From Vicugna vicugna (taxonomy: Eukaryota): 64,000 bases of DNA. The notes below the pieces were generated by a model that worked only from the letters and a program-made list of their open reading frames with translations, ran no database searches and had not been told where the DNA came from. The DNA lies in NCBI GenBank assembly GCA_013265495.1, contig PNXW01015080.1, positions 1 through 64,000 of the forward strand. The letters are read 5' to 3'. Positions 60,264-64,000 of the stretch are shown one piece after another. A program made the position numbers and the translations under genes. Within the stretch, counting starts at the first letter, position 1. Each line of letters begins with the position of its first letter.

Positions 60264-62584
60264 TGCCGCTTGTTACTCTTAAATACCACAGCAACTCTGC
60301 TGATCAAGAGCATGAGGTCTTGTGGAGGAACATTAAGGAAAAGAATAACAGCAGCTTTGCCTGCGCTAACCTGACAAGAGATACATAACCACTTCCTTGA
60401 TACTAGAGAAGATTCATGCAGATACTTAAGCATTGCTTTGAGGCATACTAAGATTTAGATCCCCAGCTGATCTAACTTCTTAGAGCCAACGAAGTTACCA
60501 TAAACGTAAAGAAATCCAAATTTGGAAAACTTTGAACAGAGACATACTATTCACTGGACATTTTCCGAAGCTCTAGCATTTGCCATAATAATGTTCTGTG
60601 TGTCCATAAAATTATAATATTGGATGAATTCATGGAAAGACAGTATGTCAGGACCTCAGGCTTGGCACTAGGGATACTCATGGTTACTAGATTGGTTATT
60701 GTTTTCAGTAGAAAGGGTAAAAATAGGAAATATGGGCTTATGGACCTTTAATTTTAGATAGATATATATGTACATATATATGGAAGTTCATACTGATAAT
60801 TCCAATTTAAGTTTAGGACCACAACTGCTTATCTTCTTAGAGAGAGAGGAGACTGGAGGGCTTCAGGATACTTGGCAAGGCCCAGTTACCTTGTCACCAA
60901 ACCAAGGGCATTTGCCTGTAGTAACTCATTAAGTTCTCTGTTTGTTTCATGTGGTTTTCTGCATGTGGATTATTTACCTTGTTTCATATCATACAAGATG
61001 TTTTAAAATCACCAAAATTGCAAAGTTAAAAAGATGGCAATGGTTTAAGATTAAAAAATAATGCTCCGTTACATCCTAGTATGAAACAGCTTCGTAATGT
61101 GATACTGAGGATATTTTAAAAAATGAACTATCAACCATGTGAAAAGACATGGAGAAACTTTAAATGCATGTTACTAAGTGGTTTTTTTTTAATAGGAAGG
61201 TGATTTTTTTCAAGAATATTTTAGTGCATTACACTGTGCTTAGCAGGACTACTGATTAGGGAGGTAATTTGCTACACTCATCTTTTATTTATCTACTTAG
61301 TCATTTATTTAAATGACTGCTTTTATTTTTTTCCTCTTCTAAGATTCCAGTATTTATGGTCCCCAGTTAATCAGAGATTGCACTGATGTCTTTCCCTCCT
61401 GTATATTTCCTTTCATAGAATGTAGTCAACTGAAGTCCCATTGAAGTCCCAAAGGACTACTCTCCTTATAATAATATCATGCTGCGTGGTTTCTTAAGCA
61501 AATCAGTTCTCCATCTATCAGAAGGAAATGATATACACACGGAGGTTATACATGTTGACTGAAGGATTTTCATGACAGAAAACAATGTCAGAAAACAAGA
61601 GGCATCTACTTCTACTTAGCTATAAATGTAAAACGTTGACTGAAGATGCTGAAAGCTAAAAAGTCTGTTAGATAATAAATGTTTTGTAGAAAACAAAAAA
61701 GAAAGCAACTAGCATCAAAGACCTTTTTAGCACGGGAATTACAAGTATTAAACACACCGTATGGGTCGGTGTGGGGAGAGGGGAGAGTTGTCTTTATTGT
61801 AAGGCACTGGCTCTGTCTTCAGAATCTCTCCACAGTACAAGGCACGTAGTATTTATTCATTCAATAAATATTTCAGTGCTTTCTATCTTCCAGGTATCGC
61901 AGTAAATTAGATGCTAAAAATAAAACCTAATTCTAGTACTAGTATAGTCATTTTTAAAGTGCAGTGTCATACTATGAACTTACTCTACAGAGCCAATGCT
62001 ATTGTTAATACACACTAAAAACCTGTTTTCAGTTGGCTCTTGATGCACTGTTTGTCATAAAGCTAGGATTCATATTCTTTGGGGGTTATATCTAACGTGG
62101 AAAAACTGTGGTAAAAGGACCAATGAGTAGGGACCTACCACTGCCCATTCTTTCACCTCACAGATTTTAAGGCAACATAGGACAGAAACATTATTTATTA
62201 TCCTAGAGAAAAGTGCAAGCTAATTATGTCTTTATCCGCACCAAGTCCCCTTTGACCCCCACCTGCAAGATGTAAATCGATACCTGCAGTTATATCTTTT
62301 TCTGTTCTTCCCATTCCCAATTAAAAAACATACTTAAAGCAAAACCATGAGAAAGAACACTTTCATTTTCTCTACAGGTCCAATTTTTAGACTTAATTAC
62401 ATTAACAGTCTGTAATTATAATGCTTAATTATGCTAATTTGTAATGGTTACATTTAAGTCTTTTTGCTAGTGTGATTGTGAAATTATATAACTCATCATT
62501 TCAAATTGTTTATTAACCATCAATGGAGTGTTTATAGTTCTCTAGTCAAATGAACACTCGAAAACTACATCACTTACTAGTTAC

Positions 62585-62632
62585 CTTGCTTATTTATGTT
62601 AAGCCTTTCAGGTGCAGAAATTCTCTTAAAAA
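62585..62632 (-). CDS. Weak candidate 48-nt exon, phase 1-1 (FKRISAPERLNINKQ)
   Basis: Acceptor aattttttgatcag, donor AAG/gtaact, one open frame. Short enough to occur by chance. Confidence 0.2.
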
Positions 62633-62995
62633 CTGATCAAAAAATTGGACTGAAAATGCATGGAGCCCTCAGAGGGGCATTCTGAAAATGTCACTGCATT
62701 AAAACTACAATTCTGAAGAACAGTCTTGTCTTGATTACTTCTTAGTGCTTTAATTAATGACATCATTTTTAGTATAGGATTAAAAAGACAATGGATATTG
62801 GGAAATCCTTAAATAATGTTTGTTTTCACATTACAGATGTACTGGATTCCCATTTTTTTCAAAGACCATCCCTTAAATTAATGCTGAAAAAATGAGTATG
62901 TCCTTAAAAATGGGAGCTGGGGAGAAGTGAGGTCTGACTGAACATTTTAAAGGTAATATTTCCTATCCAGGCTAGCTTCTATTTTCATTAAGAAT

Positions 62996-63882
62996 ATTTT
63001 TTAGAAGTAGTTTTAGGTTCGCAGCAAGGGTGAGGGGAAGGCACAGAGATCTTCCATACACTCCTCACCCCTGTGTATGTACAACTTCACTAATGTCAAC
63101 AACCTCCAGAGTGGGAATATTTGTTACAGCTGATAAGACCACATGGCCACATCATAATCACCCAAAGTCCAGTTTACCTTAGAGTTCACTCTGGGTGTTA
63201 TCTGTGGGCTTGGACAAATGTATAATGACGTGCGCCGATCATTGTAGAATCATGTAGAGTCTTTTCACAGCCCTAAAAATCCTTTGTGCTCTGTTCATTC
63301 CTCCCCTCTCCTAACCCCTGGTAACCACTGATCCTTTTGCTTTCTCTGTAGTTTGCCCTTTCCAGAATGTCGTAGAGTTGGAATCACACAGAAGCCTTTT
63401 CAGATTGGCTGCTTTCACTTAGTGACAATACATGTAAGGCTCCATCGTGTCTTACCATGGTTTTATAGTTCCCTTCTTTTTAGCACTGAATAATATCCCA
63501 TGTGTCTGAATGTACCACAGTTTTTTTTTTTTATCCTTTCACCTACTAAGGCCATCTTGGTTGCATCCAAGTTTGGGAAATTATGAAGAAAGCTGCTTCA
63601 GACATCCACAGGCATGCTTCTGTGTGAATGCAAGTTTCAACTACTTTGGGAAAATACCAAGGAGAACAACTGCTGGATTGTATGGGACGAGTGTGTTTGG
63701 CTTTGTAAGAAACTGCCAAACTGTCTTCCAAAGTGGCTGTCCTGTTATATATTCCCACCAGCAATGAGTGAGAGGTCCTGTTGCTCCACATCATTACCAG
63801 CATTTGGTGTTGTCAAGTGCTCCAGTTTTAGCCGTTCTAATAGGTGTGTAATGGGATCCCATTGTTTTAATTTGCGTTTCCC
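62996..63882 (-). mobile_element. L1MB-type 3' UTR and ORF2 end
   Basis: ttttaggttcgcagcaag...cacatcataatcacccaaagtcc...cagccctaaaaatcctttgtgctctg...gtaagaaactgccaaactgtcttccaaagtggctg. Confidence 0.9.
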
Positions 63883-64000
63883 CCAGCTTTTGTTTGCTTT
63901 AAAAATATACCACTAATGTATGTATAGGGACATGGAGGTAAAGTTACTCATTTATTTCCATCTTAAAGCTGAGTAAAATGAGACTGAAGAACAGAAGTAA

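Noticed and set aside
1-64000. CRISPR arrays, rRNA/snRNA genes, ERV gag/pol/env or non-retroviral viral elements
   Set aside because: None seen. The sequence is eukaryotic, the LTRs appear solo, and no translation resembled a viral protein. A BLASTX search would be needed to exclude highly decayed relics.

Overview
This is mammalian nuclear DNA, most likely from a camelid (Camelus or Vicugna). The evidence is a Vic-1-type tRNA-derived SINE at 33249-33363 and eight short 3' ends of camelid-type L1. Much of the window is ancient eutherian repeat (L2, MIR, L1M/L1ME, MLT1/MLT2, ERVL and ERV1 solo LTRs, hAT and Tigger MITEs), and two N-gaps fall inside L1 copies. I found no CRISPR array, intact RNA gene, intact retroviral gene or endogenous viral ORF. 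Most ORFs in the supplied track look spurious. The best lead is a set of spliced exons on the minus strand (52196-52316, 51339-51470 and a candidate terminal exon starting at 50903). They join in frame and are followed by a canonical poly(A) site at about 49320, so they look like the 3' end of a protein-coding gene. I do not recognise the gene, so no symbol is given. The other findings are modest: candidate regulatory motifs, young retrotransposon insertions with intact target-site duplications (TSDs), and orientation biases. I do not see convincing evidence of a new biological system. Repeat subfamily names are from my recall of consensus sequences and need RepeatMasker/Dfam confirmation. Repeat boundaries are approximate unless a TSD is given.
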